The notes: generated by a model not told the origin, from the sequence alone. Numbered from the stretch's first letter, positions 42,831 through 57,322 are shown. The stretch: DNA of 63,956 nucleotides from Eledone cirrhosa (GCA_964016885.1 OZ024751.1:20584001-20647956); one strand, 5' to 3'. Numbers and translations: made by a program.

Positions 42831-43823
42831 TCTTATTATTACTAAATATTCTGTCATCACCATCAAGTGTTCACCAGGGATACATCCTCTCTCCAGTCTT
42901 ATTATTACTAAATATTCTGTCATCACCATCAAGTGTTCACCCGCGATATATCCTCTCTCCAGTCTTATTATTACTAAATATTCTGTCATCACCATCAAGT
43001 GTTCACCAAGGATATATCCTCTCTCCAGTCTTATTATTACTAAATATTCTGTCATCACCATCAAGTGTTCACCAGGGATACATCCTCTCTCCAGTCTTAT
43101 TATTACTAAATATTCTGTCATCACCATCAAGTGTTCACCAGGGATATATCCTCTCTCCAGTCTTATTATTACTAAATATTCTGTCATCACCATCAAGTGT
43201 TCACCAAGGATATATCCTCTCTCCAGTCTTATTATTACTAAATATTCTGTCATCACCATCAAGTGTTCACCAAGGATATATCCTCTCTCCAGTCTTATTA
43301 TTACTAAATATTCTGTCATCACCATCAAGTGTTCACCAGGGATACATCCTCTCTCCAGTCTTATTATTACTAAATATTCTGTCATCACCATCAAGTGTTC
43401 ACCAGGGATATATCCTCTCTCCAGTCTTATTATTACTAAATATTCTGTCATCACCATCAAGTGTTCACCAGGGATATATCCTCTCTCCAGTCTTATTATT
43501 ACTAAATATTCTGTCATCACCATCAAGTGTTCACCAGGGATATATCCTCTCTCCAGTCTTATTATTACTAAATATTCTGTCATCACCATCAAGTGTTCAC
43601 CAGGGATATATCCTCTCTCCAGTCTTATTATTACTAAATATTCTGTCATCACCATCAAGTGTTCACCAGGGATATATCCTCTCTCCAGTCTTATTATTAC
43701 TAAATATTCTGTCATCACCATCAAGTGTTCACCCGCGATATATCCTCTCTCCAGTCTTATTATTACTAAATATTCTGTCATCACCATCAAGTGTTCACCC
43801 GCGATATATCCTCTCTCCAGTCC
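42831..43823. repeat. 66-bp minisatellite, ~15 copies
   Basis: Unit TCTTATTATTACTAAATATTCTGTCATCACCATCAAGTGTTCACCAGGGATATATCCTCTCTCCAG; diverged flanking units from ~42705. Confidence 0.97.
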
Positions 43824-43879
43824 TCTTACAACTAAAAATGTTTCATTATAGAGAAATTATTAAAAATCACAAAATGATG

Positions 43880-44080
43880 CTGGATTGGCAGTATCGGTAA
43901 AGCGTCTGACAAAATATTTCGTGGCATAGAGTTACGAGCCTTTACGTTCTGATGTTCAACTCCTGTCGAGGTTAGCTCTCTCGTTTATCTTTACGGAGTA
44001 ACAGTAATACACTGAGGTCGATTTAATTGACTTTCATCTCCCCTTGAATTGTTGGCCTTGTGCCGAAATCAGAAAACATT
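43880..44080 (+). mobile_element. SINE family A, diverged
   Basis: GGATTGGCAGTATCGGTA head and GGCCTTGTGCC..AGAAAAC tail. Confidence 0.75.
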
Positions 44081-44109
44081 ATTAAAAATCACAAATTATA
44101 TATGGAAAC

Positions 44110-44218
44110 TGTAATAGTAGTAGTAGTAGTAGTAATAGTAGTAGTAGTAGCGGTAGTAATAGTAGTAGTAGTGGTAGTAGTAGTAGTAGCAGTAGTAGCG
44201 GTAGTAGTAGTAGTAGTG

Positions 44219-44279
<61 letters not shown>

Positions 44280-44764
44280 CTATAATTACATTGTGATAGT
44301 TGTGAGATGAATTAATTAGAATAATTAATTAAAAAAATACACTTTATTATTTATTTTCTTGGGGTGTTATTGTTGTTATTGTTATTGTTGTAGCCTTTTG
44401 GCGTTGTTATTGTAGCTGTTGTTATTGTTGTTGTTGTTATTGTAGATGTTGTTATTGTTGTTGTTGTTATTGTTGTTATCGCAGTCTTTGGCGTTGTTAT
44501 TGTAGCTGTTATTGTTGTTATTGTTGTTGTTATTGTCGTAGCCTTTTGGCGTTGTTATTGTAGCTGTTGTTGTCGCAGTCTTTGGTGTTGTTATTGTTGT
44601 TGTTGTTGTTATTGTTGTTGTTATTGTAGATGTTGTTATTGTAGATGTTATTGTAGCTGTTGTTGTTCGTATTGTTGTTCGTATTGTTGTTGTTATTGTT
44701 GTGGTGGCCTTTGACGTTGTTATTGTAGCTGTTGTTGTTGTCGTGGTCCTTTGGCGCTGTTATT

Positions 44765-44823
<59 letters not shown>

Positions 44824-44870
44824 TTTTTAGTCTCACTGATATTGTAGTAGTAGTAGTAGTTGTTGTTTTT
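44110..44870. repeat. (GTA)n and (GTT)n compound microsatellites
   Basis: Read directly. Confidence 0.9.
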
Positions 44871-44907
44871 GTCTTTTAGCGCTGCTGTTGTGTTATTATT
44901 GTACAGC

Positions 44908-45068
44908 AACGCCATGCTTTACAGCAAAGAGTTACGGCCCTTTATGGTCTGAGTTCAAATCCTGCCGAGGTTAACTTTTCCTTTCATCCTTACGGGGTCG
45001 ATAAAAATAAAGTACCAGTAATGTACTTGGATACTTGCTGGCCTTGTGCCAAAAGTAGAAACAATTAT
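44908..45068 (+). mobile_element. SINE family A
   Basis: B-box, core and tail. Confidence 0.85.
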
Positions 45069-45264
45069 TGTCGTTATTGTAGTTATATGGCACTGCTGTT
45101 ATTGTGTTGTTGTTGCTGTTGTTGTCACTGTTGTTGTGATATTCGTCTGTAGACGTCGTTGTTTGCTTTTACTTGTTGTTGTTGTTGTTGTATTTTGGCT
45201 TTGTTTTTGCTGTTGTCGTCATTGTAGTTCTTAAGCGCTGTTTGTGGTAATTGATATTGTTTAT

Positions 45265-46670
45265 GTTGTAGTTATTGTTGTAGTTATTGTTGTAGTTGCT
45301 ACTGTTGTAGTTGTAGTTGCTACTGTTGTAGTTATTGTAGATATTGTTGTAGTTGCTACTGTTGTTGTAGTTATTGTTGTAGTTGCTACTGTTGTTGTAG
45401 TTATTGCTGTAGTTGCTATTGTTGTAGTTGTAGTTGCTATTGTTGTAGTTGTAGTTGCTATTGTTGTAGTTGTAGTTGATATTGTTGTAGTTGTAGTTAT
45501 TGCTGTAGTTGCTACTGTTGTTGTTGTAGTTATTGCTGTAGTTGCTACTGTTGTAGTTATTGCTGTAGTTGCTACTGTTGTTGTTGTAGTTATTGCTGTA
45601 GTTGCAACTGTTGTTGTTGTAGTTATTGCTGTAGTTGCTACTGTTGTAGTTATTGTTGTAGTTGCTACTGTTGTTGTTGTAGTTATTGCTGTAGTTGCAA
45701 CTGTTGTTGTTGTAGTTATTGCTGTAGTTGCTACTGTTGTAGTTATTGCTGTAGTTGCTACTGTTGCTGTTGTAGTTATTGCTGTAGTTGCAACTGTTGT
45801 TGTTGTAGTTATTGCTGTAGTTGCTACTGTTGTAGTTATTGTTGTAGTTGCTACTGTTGTTGTTGTTGTAGTTATTGCTGTAGTTGCAACTGTTGTTGTT
45901 GTAGTTATTGCTGTAGTTGCAACTGTTGTTGTTGTAGTTATTGTTGTAGTTGCTACTGTTGTAGTTATTGTTGTAGTTGCAACTGTTGTTGTTGTAGTTA
46001 TTGCTGTAGTTGCAACTGTTGTTGTTGTAGTTATTGCTGTAGTTGCTACTGTTGTAGTTATTGTTGTAGTTGCTACTGTTGTTGTAATTATTGTTGTAGT
46101 TGTTACTGTTGTAGTTATTGTTGTAGTTGCTACTGTTGTAGTTGTAGTTGCTATTGTTGTAGTTGTAGTTATTGCTGTAGTTGCAACTGTTGTTGTTGTA
46201 GTTATTGTTGTAGTTGCTACTGTTGTTGTTGTTGTATTTATTGTTGTAGTTGCTACTGTTGTAGTTGTTGTATTTATTGTTGTAGTTGCTACTGTTGTAG
46301 TTATTGTTGTAGTTGCTACTGTTGTTGTTGTTGTATTTATTGTTGTAGTTGCTACTGTTGTTGTTGTTGTATTTATTGTTGTAGTTGCTACTGTTGTAGT
46401 TATTGTTGTAGTTGCTACTGTTGTTGTTGTTGTATTTATTGTTGTAGTTGCTACTGTTGTTGTTGTTGTATTTATTGTTGTAGTTGCTACTGTTGTTGTT
46501 GTAGTTATTGTTGTAGTTTCTACTGTTGTAGTTATTGTTGTAGTTTCTACTGTTGTAGTTATTGTTGTAGTTGCTACTGTTGCTGTTGTAGTTGCGTTAC
46601 TACTGTTGTTGTAGTTATTGTTGTAGTTGCTACTGTTGTTGTTGTTGTATTTATTGTTGTTGCTACTGTC
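45265..46670. repeat. (GTT/GTA/GCT) trinucleotide-derived minisatellite (GTAGTTATTGYTGTAGTTGCTACTGTT)
   Basis: Read directly; source of the 456-aa poly-Val ORF. Confidence 0.92.
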
Positions 46671-46719
46671 GAAGTTGTTAGGCGGTGTTGTTCGTGGTAG
46701 TTAATATTACTCATGAAGA

Positions 46720-46750
<31 letters not shown>

Positions 46751-47008
46751 GGTAGTGGTGTAACTACTGTTACTGAAGTTATTGTTATTGTTAAAAGCTA
46801 TTGTTTGACGTAGTAGATATTGCTTATGTTGTTGTTGTTGTAGTTATTGTTGTAGTTATTGTTGTTGCTGTTTTAGATAAGTTATTGCTGGAGTCGTTTT
46901 CTTGGTTTCCACGTCATTAATCTCATCTCCCGTGATTCTCATTTCTATACAATATGGTGAGTGTGCATTGTCTCTTATCAATTTTAGGTGCCATATTGTT
47001 TATTGTTG

Positions 47009-47009
<1 letters not shown>

Positions 47010-47079
<70 letters not shown>

Positions 47080-47102
47080 CATATATGTATATGTGTGTAT
47101 AC

Positions 47103-47134
<32 letters not shown>

Positions 47135-47153
47135 GTATGTATATGTGTGTGTT

Positions 47154-47196
<43 letters not shown>

Positions 47197-47306
47197 ATGT
47201 ATATATATATGTATGTATATGTGTGTGTATATACATACATATATATATATATATATGTATATGTGTGTGTATATATACATACATATATATATATGTATAT
47301 GTGTAT

Positions 47307-47401
<95 letters not shown>

Positions 47402-47830
47402 TATATATATACACATATAAATATATATATATATATACACACACACATATATATATATACATATGTATATACATACATATGTATATACATACTTTCATAT
47501 GCATATACATACATTTATATGCATATACATACATTTATATGCATATACATACATTTATATGCTTATACATACATTTATATGCTTATACATACATTTATAT
47601 GCTTATACATACATTTATATGCTTATACATACATTCATATGCATATATATATACATACATATTTATACATACATACACACACACACATATATGTATGTAT
47701 GTGTATACATATATATATACATAGATATGTATATACATACATATACATATATGTATACATACATTCATATAGACACACACACACCTCTATATATATATAT
47801 ATATATGCAGTATATATATATATATACTGA
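47010..47830. repeat. Interrupted (TA)n array containing a 20-bp tandem (ATACATACATTTATATGCWT)
   Basis: Read directly. Confidence 0.95.
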
Positions 47831-47919
47831 GAGATAGATAGATAGAGGTTAACAGTGTGTATATACCTAAGTACCATATTGTTACGCATGTTTTTATGCG
47901 AATGTACGTTTATATGTGT

Positions 47920-48015
<96 letters not shown>

Positions 48016-48367
48016 AAAAAGTAAACGGAAAAAACACAACAGACGATATATATTAAACATATGAAGATATATATTAGTTTCAAGCTAAATATATATATAT
48101 ATATATATATATCCTCTCACACGCATACATACATACATACATACATACATACATACATACATACATACATACATACATACATACACACACACACATATAT
48201 ATATACACACACACATATATATATACATGTATATATAGACACACACATATATATATATATAAATGCAAGCAGACAGTTCTGTTATTGCACCTGCAATTAT
48301 TGCTTCACCATGTTTATAACTAAATATTTAAGTATTAACCTCCAGGCAAGACATTATGATATAAGTT

Positions 48368-48550
48368 TGGATTGGCAGTATCAGTAGAGAGTCGGACGCC
48401 ATGCTTTCCAGCATAGTTACGTCCCTTTACGGTCTGAGTTCAAATCCCGCCGAGGTTAACTTTGCCTTTCATCCTTACGGGGTCGATAAAATAAAGTACC
48501 AGTAATGTACTGGGTAATTGCTGGCCTTGTGCCTAAAGTAGAAACAATTA
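48368..48550 (+). mobile_element. SINE family A with likely TSD ATTATGATATAAGTTT
   Basis: Near-consensus copy; ATTATGATATAAGTTT at 48353 and 48547. Confidence 0.9.
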
Positions 48551-48642
48551 TGATATAAGTTTTCTCGAAATTTCAACAAGCCGAAACAATGAAACATTTA
48601 AACAGATTTTTTTTTCTATTTAAAATGTATAATATCACTCGT

Positions 48643-48709
<67 letters not shown>

Positions 48710-48711
<2 letters not shown>

Positions 48712-48982
48712 ACAGTCTGTCTTAAGCTAGCAGACTCATGTGGCCGGTGCTTATCCTTATTCCGGTTTCATGGCATGAAGCGACTGAGAGTAAAAGACTT
48801 ACCCCTGGATAGGGCGCCAGTCCATCGCAGTGTTAAACTCCAGCTATTGCTGGTATTCATGTACAGCTTAGTATACTGGAGCAACATGTTTTACTCAAGA
48901 ACACAACACGCAACCCAGGAATCGAACCCATGACATTATTATTGTAAGTCCAACACTCTTATCACTAGGACACGTGCCTCCA
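48710..48982 (-). mobile_element. SINE family B
   Basis: Colinear with 14050-14329. Confidence 0.85.
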
Positions 48983-49831
48983 CACCACTATATATATATA
49001 TATATATATATATCATTAACATTAATATAAAAAATAATCATGTATAATTATTTAAAAGGTTTTTACCCAAATATTTTTTAGAGAAGAGCCTCAGGTAAAA
49101 ATCTGGTCCTGTATAGACGGAATTTTATCTCTAACACATTGGTACAATCAAGGTGAAATTTGAGGCCCTTCTCTAAAAAAATTTGAATATTATTTATTAA
49201 GTATTAGAAAATTAAATTAGTTACCAAAATGTTGCTTTTAGCTAATAGAGAAAGCTGTGGGGAAATAACGAAGTAATGAAGACAGATCAACAGACAAACA
49301 GGCAGGCAGAAGGGCCAAACTTTCACCGGATGAGGCCCTAAACTGTATGAAATTTGCGGCCCTTCTCAAAAAATATTAAAAATAATTATATATTACGTTT
49401 ATTGATTGGTGACGTGCGTTTCGCTATTGATCAGCTCAAGGTTCGATCTGTACCGACTCTGGAATCAAAACCTCTTCGGACCCTCTGCTGTTATAATGGC
49501 AGAATGAACATATAAAGCATAGAAATGTCTAACGTTTCGCGTTCATATGGTGGTCAATTTATGCTGTTCACCTGGATCAACCTACAGTAAGTTCACGTTA
49601 CTCTCCCTGGATATATATATATATATATAGTAAAAGAATGAAGAATAACTTGGTCGCCTGTACAAAAAGGGTTAATTTTCAGTATTAACAATTGTTTCAT
49701 TAATCAGGTGAGTCTAAAGGCCGATGATCGCTAGAAATTACGTCACTCGACCTTAATTACAGTACTTTCCTGATCAAATCATCGGAATATTGGATTACCT
49801 TAAAAGATACCGTGTTATATTATATATATAT

Positions 49832-49988
49832 ATTAAAATATCAGATTAAAGTTTAAGCAAAGAATCGCTGCTTTCACCCTTAACGGGATCTTCTGAAATA
49901 TTTGCTCTACTGTTCTTATATATTTGATATATATTTATCCTTATCGAGCCCTCTTTAGATTTTAGTCTTCAAATTTATTATTATTACT
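49832..49988. mobile_element. U4A-HHR family insertion with inversion (ribozyme part minus, tail plus)
   Basis: Both halves match contiguous 59722-59883 but in opposite orientations. Confidence 0.8.
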
Positions 49989-50026
49989 ATATATATATAT
50001 ATATATATTAATAAAGAAATCATTAT

Positions 50027-50068
<42 letters not shown>

Positions 50069-50702
50069 TGATGATATAGTGTTAAAGAATAAAAACTAAT
50101 AATAATATTAGAATAATTTTTTTTAAATGAGTTCCCCGGGGGTGTCCCTAAGCTTTAGGTTATTTAGCTAATAGGTAAGTCCAGCACTGAGCACAATAGG
50201 TTAGAACGAGGACACCTTAAGATTGCAGAAGGAACTACTTAACTACACAACTATACTTAAGTCCACAAAAGGAAACCTAATTTCAATTAGCTTTTGTACA
50301 CTTCACAAGGGCGAGATCTTTAAATGCTATCACTACGACTGAATAGTTTGTGGAACTCCCACCAAAAATAAGAAATTGTCAAGCAAAGCTATTAGTTATG
50401 GTGTATTTAACAACATATTAGTTGTCGGGATAAACTCACTGAGAAAGAGAGACTGACAAACACATACACACACAAACATACACATACATAGTCACATACA
50501 CACACATGCATACAGTTACATACGCACACAGTCCCTCACGCACACACATACACACACACAGAGACTACGCAACACAGAACATTTTAGCAAAAATGAATTT
50601 ATGAAAGTAAATGTTTTTGTTCATAATCAGAAGCAGAACATTAAAAAGAACAAAAAAAAACACATGAAAGACGGATTATATTCAATTCAGTACATAACTA
50701 CG

Positions 50703-50851
50703 GTGTGTGTGTGTGTGTGTATATATATATATGTGTGTGTGTGTGTGTGCCTCTGTATATATATATGTGTGTGTGCGTGGCTGTGTGCATGTGTGTGTGT
50801 GTGCATGTGTGTGCGTGCGTGTGCGTGTGCGCGCCTGTGTGTGTGCCTCTG

Positions 50852-50901
<50 letters not shown>

Positions 50902-50947
50902 GCTGTGTGCATGTGTGTGTGTGTGTGCATGTGTGTGCGTGCCTCTG

Positions 50948-50978
<31 letters not shown>

Positions 50979-50999
50979 CTGTGTGTCTGTGTGCCTCTG

Positions 51000-51031
<32 letters not shown>

Positions 51032-51085
51032 GCTGTGTGCATGTGTGTGTGTGTGCATGTGTGTGCATGTGTGTGCGTGCCTCTG

Positions 51086-51118
<33 letters not shown>

Positions 51119-51141
51119 CTGTGTGTCTGTGTGCCTCTGTG

Positions 51142-51192
<51 letters not shown>

Positions 51193-51301
51193 CTGTGTGC
51201 CTCTGTATATATATATATATATATGTGCTAGTGTGTGGCTGTGTGCATATATATATATATGTGTACGTGCGCCTGTGTGTATGTGCCTTTGTATATATAT
51301 A

Positions 51302-51333
<32 letters not shown>

Positions 51334-51530
51334 TGCGTGTGTGCGTGCCTGCGTGTGCTTGTGTGTGTGCGTGTGCGTGCATGTTAGTGTGTGTCTGTCT
51401 GTGTGCCTCGGTATATATATATATGTGTGTGGCTGTGTGTATATATATGTGTGCGTGTGCTTGTGTGTGTGTGCCTCTGTATATATGTGTGTGTGTGTGT
51501 GTGCCTCTGTATATATGTGTGTGTGTGTGC
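50703..51530. repeat. Compound (TG)n/(TA)n minisatellite with GCCTCTG and GGCTG punctuation
   Basis: Read directly. Confidence 0.92.
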
Positions 51531-51532
51531 AT

Positions 51533-51878
51533 AGCTGATAGATGAAGAATTTTGTTTCGCAAATCATAAGGTCTCGTGTTCGATCCCATTACGTGGTATC
51601 TTAGATAAGTGTCATTTACTACAGTCTTGGTTCTTACTAACCTTGAAATTTGGTACACGGACACTGTCTAGAAGCCCGTCGGATTGACTGCATCCGAAAT
51701 TCAAAGGGTTAACATTGTGACACAGTGTGTTACACTGAATATCTCTGAAATTTACGTTAAGATAAGATGTGTCTATAGCATGTTCGGACACTTACACGTT
51801 GAGTTCAAGAGTAAGATGTTTTCTGTTGACCAAATAACTAGATCATTCGTCGCCGAAATTGACGGAAGCTCAATACCT
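51533..51878 (+). mobile_element. Old tRNA-derived SINE, family D
   Basis: B-box GTGTTCGATCCC, CORE-like ATCTTAGATAAGTGTC, GAAGCCCGTC; related fragment on the minus strand near 5097-5135. Confidence 0.55.
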
Positions 51879-52040
51879 GTGTGTGTGTGTGTGTCAGTAT
51901 ATGTGTATGTATGCATGTATGTGTATGTGTGTGGGTGTATGTATGTGTGTGCCGGTATGTGTGTGTCTGTATGCATGTATGTGCATGTGTTTGTTTGGCT
52001 TGGCAAGCTATTTAGAACACTGGTTGACAACTTTACTTCG

Positions 52041-52073
52041 CTCTGAAGAAGAGATATTATCTCGAAAATTAAG
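52041..52073 (+). ncRNA. Minimal hammerhead ribozyme, tail to 52235 then (TA)n
   Basis: CT CTGAAGA A GAGAT-ATT-ATCTC GAA AATT A AG; stem I weak. Confidence 0.55.
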
Positions 52074-52232
52074 GACATTTAAATAAATCTAAGGTAAAAG
52101 ACTAATTGTCAACAATATCTTTTGCATTTGCATTCTTTATTCTATGTCCATACCTGCATTGTTTTGGCTTTATTATACATATACAAACGTTTATACCTCA
52201 TTACACAATGCTTCAAGTGAACTATAACCTCC

Positions 52233-52286
<54 letters not shown>

Positions 52287-52339
52287 TTGTGTGTATATAT
52301 ATATATATATGTAGGAGGTGAGTTTTATTGCAGTACAAT

Positions 52340-53741
52340 AAAGCAATTCACAGATTTAATTGGTATCTTTATTTTGAACTCTTTGAGTCGGAAAATTCCT
52401 CAACTTCGCGGTGGAATTTATCGTGACGATGGACTCTTTACTATCTTAAATTACAACATAGTTAACCTTAATATTATTAAGAACAATATACGTAATCTCT
52501 TTAACCAACATAACTTAAAAATTGAATTTGATAACACCATCAAACTAGCTAATTTCTTTGGATGTATCTCTTTATCTTGACACTGGCCTATATTACCCTT
52601 ACCATAAAACAATGAGAACCTAAATTATGTTAATTTTAAATCTAACCACCCCACTAATATTAAGAATGCTATAGTTAGTAATATTGGAAAAAGAATATCT
52701 AACCTATCTTCTAATAAAAACATCTTTGATGCTAACGCCAATTACTATAATAACGCGCTTTCTAAAGCCGGTTATCCTGATAAAATCAAATATAGTAAAG
52801 AAACAAATTCTAGAAGATCTTACAGTAGAATAATTAATCATGATCATTCCAATAACTTTAATAAAAGACCTAGATACAAAAATATAATCTGGTACAATGC
52901 TCCTTTCTCCATCTCTATTAATAATAATATTCCTAAATTATTCTTTAGTGCCTTAAATAAATGCTTCCCTCCCTCACATATCTATAGTAAAATATTTAAC
53001 AAACACACTATAAAATTTTCCTATTCGACCTCCTCCAACATCTCCAACATTATCTCTAAACATAACAATAAAATAATAAATACTAAATCTCTTCCTTCCA
53101 ACACTGAATATCATAATAATAGTAATAGTACTCCCGACGTCATTGTAAACTCTAGGCTAATTTCTGCAAACCCAAATACAACGTCAAACGCAACTTCGCT
53201 AAATGTTCTTAATCCCATTCTAAATCAAGAAACTAGTATTCCTATCGTAAATAACTTCTCCAAACCAATTCCTTCTATAGATAACACTAGGTTACTTGTT
53301 AATAACTCTGCTAATCTCTCTAATCGCAATTGCAATTGCCCTGTTAAAAATAAATGTCCTCTCAACAACCATTGTCTTGAAAAAAACTTAATCTACGAAT
53401 GTAAAGTTATAACTGACACCAATTCCTTCACCTATTTTGGCTCCACTTCCATCTCCTTTAAAGCTCGTCTTTATAATCATCATTCGTCTTTTAAATACCA
53501 ACTTAAAAGAACCAACACGGCACTCTCAGAACTCATATGGTCCTTGAAAGACAAAAATATTAACTATAACATCTCTTGGAAAAAGGTTTCTTCTGCTTCT
53601 CTATCCAAGACATGTAATCTCTGTTTAAGTGAAAAATTTACCAATATATCTAATTTAGATTCTATAATAAATAGACGCACTGACTTGTTTTCTCTCTGCT
53701 TGCATAAATTCGACAGAACATTCCATAAAGTATACAGCTAA
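52340..53741 (+). pseudogene. PLE reverse transcriptase plus GIY-YIG endonuclease, two frameshifts near 52558 and 52608
   Basis: GGIYRDDGL; NF(L)DVSLSLDTGLYYPYHK; YVNFKSNHP..IGKRISNLSS; IIWYNAPFS; IFNKHTIKFSYS; CNCPVKNKCPLNNHC; LIYEC..TYFGST..FKARLYNH; TALSELIWSLK; CNLCLSEK. Frame read as open from 52608 to 53741. Confidence 0.92.
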
Positions 53742-54696
53742 TATCTAATACTTTATCAATTTAAAATCCTTTTCTCAAAGGCACATATATATACATATAT
53801 ATTTCTTTAAAAATATACCCATCTTTCTACCTTATTTCAAAGTTATTTATTATACATTATATAATACTAGTTACTCATTCTATATCACTCCTATTTATCA
53901 CTTCCCTTTCTTTCTTTTTTCTTTTCTTTTTTTCTTTTTCTTTTAATTTCTAGCCCCTAATCTGTACCTTTTCTTCCTAGATACTTCTCAATTATCATTG
54001 TACCTAACGTAGAAACAATTATTACACAGCACAATATATTCTTACTTTATATCACCTTGAAAAAATCCTTCGTAAACATAAACATTTTTTTGACGTTAGA
54101 TTATTCATCCTCAATTCATTATTGTTCTCCCTTTCATGCTCATCTAACTTATTCATCCAATCTTCTACTTCTTTCACAATATATCCTTACTTGCATTACT
54201 ATTGCTATATTTTTATTTTTATATATTTTTTTTTTATAATACATATCAACAATTTCTTTCCATCGCACATATTATTAAACCCTTAAATATTATTCTTAAT
54301 ACATATTCACATTTTCTTTCCATCGCACATATTATTAAACCCTTCAATATACAAACCTTAACTTAACATTATTTTTCCCTTTGTTAATTTTCAAATTCTT
54401 TTAATTTATGCATTATCTTCCAACCTCTCTATGTAAAACAATATATTTTTTCTCAGTTATAAAAGCTATCTCTCTCTCCCTATCACCCATCTCTCCTCCT
54501 ATCTCATCCTTCCTCATTATACTCCTCCCCCTCCACTTTTTACTCTCATCTCCTCCTCTTTTTCATCCTTTCCACCCCACCCCCGTCAAAAATATTTTCC
54601 CAATATCACACATCAATCTAAAACTACTTTTCATATGTTGATTTAAAACTGCACTATTCACAAGTGTGTTTTAACCTTCATATCATGTCTCCCTAC

Positions 54697-54761
54697 TTTA
54701 TCTGACGAAAACGCAAATGTTATTGCATGATGATATTTGTTTTTGAAATGCGCATAATAAA
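54697..54761 (+). ncRNA. Type I hammerhead ribozyme, sense to the RT frame, palindromic stem III ATGCGCAT
   Basis: TTTAT CTGACGA AAACGCAAATGTTAT..ATGATATTTGTTTTT GAA ATGCGCAT A ATAAA. Confidence 0.8.
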
Positions 54762-54796
54762 ATAAATGGAACTCTTTTAACCATCTTTTGATCTTG

Positions 54797-54816
54797 TATA
54801 TATATATATATATATT

Positions 54817-54873
<57 letters not shown>

Positions 54874-54962
54874 GTATATATATATATTTATATATATATA
54901 TATATATATATTTGTGTATATATATATATTTATATATATATATATGTGTATATATATATATT

Positions 54963-54999
<37 letters not shown>

Positions 55000-55244
55000 G
55001 TGTATATATATATATATTTGTGTATATATATATATATTTGTGTATATATATATATATTTGTGTATATATATATATATTTGTGTATATATATATATATATA
55101 TTTGTGTATATATATATATATATTTCTGTATATATATATATATTTGTATATATATATATTTGTGTATATATATATATATATATTTGTGTTTATATATTTA
55201 TACATATTTATATATATATACATATATATATATATATGTGTATC

Positions 55245-55276
<32 letters not shown>

Positions 55277-55447
55277 TGTGTATATATATATATATTTGTC
55301 TATATATATATATATATTTGTCTATATAAATATATATATTTGTCTATATAAATATATATATTTGTCTATATATATATATATATTTGTGTTTATATATATA
55401 TATATATATATATTTGTGTTTATATATTTATACATATTTATATATAT

Positions 55448-55479
<32 letters not shown>

Positions 55480-55526
55480 GTGTATCTATATATATATATA
55501 TTTGTGTTTATATATTTATACATATT

Positions 55527-55571
<45 letters not shown>

Positions 55572-55798
55572 ATCTATATATATATATATTTATATATATA
55601 TGTATCTATACATATAATATATATATATATATATGTATCTATATATATAATATATATATATATGTATCTATATATATATATATATATAAATGTATCTATA
55701 TATATATATAAATGTATCTATATATATATATATATATAAATGTATCTGTATATATATATATATAAATGTATCTGTATATATATATATATATAAATGTA

Positions 55799-55837
<39 letters not shown>

Positions 55838-55872
55838 GTATCTATATATATATATATATATATCTAAATGTA

Positions 55873-55911
<39 letters not shown>

Positions 55912-56138
55912 GTATCTATATATATATGTATATATATATATATAAATGTATCTATATATATATGTATATATATATATATAAATGTATCTATATATATATA
56001 TATATATAATATATAAATGTATCTATATATATATATAAATGTATCTATATATATATATATATAAATGTATCTATATATATATATATATAAATGTATCTAT
56101 AAATATATATATATAAATGTATCTATAAATATATATAA

Positions 56139-56210
<72 letters not shown>

Positions 56211-56264
56211 GTATCTATATATATATATATATATATATATAAATGTATCTATATATATAAATAT

Positions 56265-56295
<31 letters not shown>

Positions 56296-56402
56296 AATGT
56301 ATCTATATATATAATATATATATATATATAAATGTATCTATATATATAAATATATATATATATATATAAATGTATCTATATATATATATATATATAAATG
56401 TA

Positions 56403-56457
<55 letters not shown>

Positions 56458-56492
56458 GTATCTATCTATATATATATATATAAATGTATCTA

Positions 56493-56545
<53 letters not shown>

Positions 56546-56576
56546 GTATCTATCTATATATATAAATGTATCTATC

Positions 56577-56608
<32 letters not shown>

Positions 56609-56761
56609 TACTATAAATAAATATATATGTATGTGTGTATATATATATACATATGTATATATAGATACTATAAATAAATATATATGTATATATGTATATA
56701 TATATTCATATATATATATAGATACTATAAATAAATATATATGTATATATGTATATATATA

Positions 56762-56820
<59 letters not shown>
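54797..56820. repeat. Interrupted (TA)n array with TTTGTG, then AAATGTATC punctuation
   Basis: Read directly. Confidence 0.97.
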
Positions 56821-56821
<1 letters not shown>

Positions 56822-57250
56822 CACATACACACACACACACATGTACAACTTATCTTAACTTTTTTTTAATGCGCTGTGTTGTGCATAAATATATATTATA
56901 TATATATTATAACATTTATAGATGTTAAAATGGCGTAACCGGAATACATTTGCTTGCATGGAATTCCTGCTTATAATGATGTTGATGATGATGATGATAA
57001 TAATCATAACCAACTAATTGATAATGGCCATCGTATTTTGCATTTGATGTATACCTGTCTACCTAAATATCCATTAACCCTGGAATCACAGAAAAAATAT
57101 ATTCTTTCTATATACTCTTCAGTATGTTTGTACTTCCATGGAAACTTTTAACACGTTAAATTTTATTCAGCTTTATGTTTTTGACTTAATGGAATAATAA
57201 TAAGCGTGTGTGTGTGTAGATAAACATATATATTATACATGTATATATTA

Positions 57251-57322
<72 letters not shown>

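Larger units (their letters stand above)
52311..54796 (+). mobile_element. 5'-truncated Penelope-like element (Nematis-like) in (TA)n
   Basis: RT motif, thumb, Cys-rich linker, GIY-YIG, ~1-kb pyrimidine-rich 3' UTR and terminal HHR. Confidence 0.92.

Noticed and set aside
42750-43790. 346-aa repeat protein gene
   Set aside because: Exactly overlaps a 66-bp minisatellite; no synonymous variation and no unique domain.
45244-46614. 456-aa poly-Val membrane protein
   Set aside because: GTT/GTA minisatellite.
49069-49370. Short inverted repeats (GAAGRGCC...GGCCCTTC) as hammerheads or a MITE
   Set aside because: No complete core or TSD could be assigned, although they may be decayed fold-back elements.
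49705-49755. Hammerhead candidate GAGT...GAAA TTACG TC ACTC
   Set aside because: Core (CTAAAGG or CCGATGA) and stem II do not fit.
50190-50400. CR1/L2-like LINE 3' remnant (RTR..LQKE, LWNS)
   Set aside because: Too degenerate and frameshifted to support by eye.
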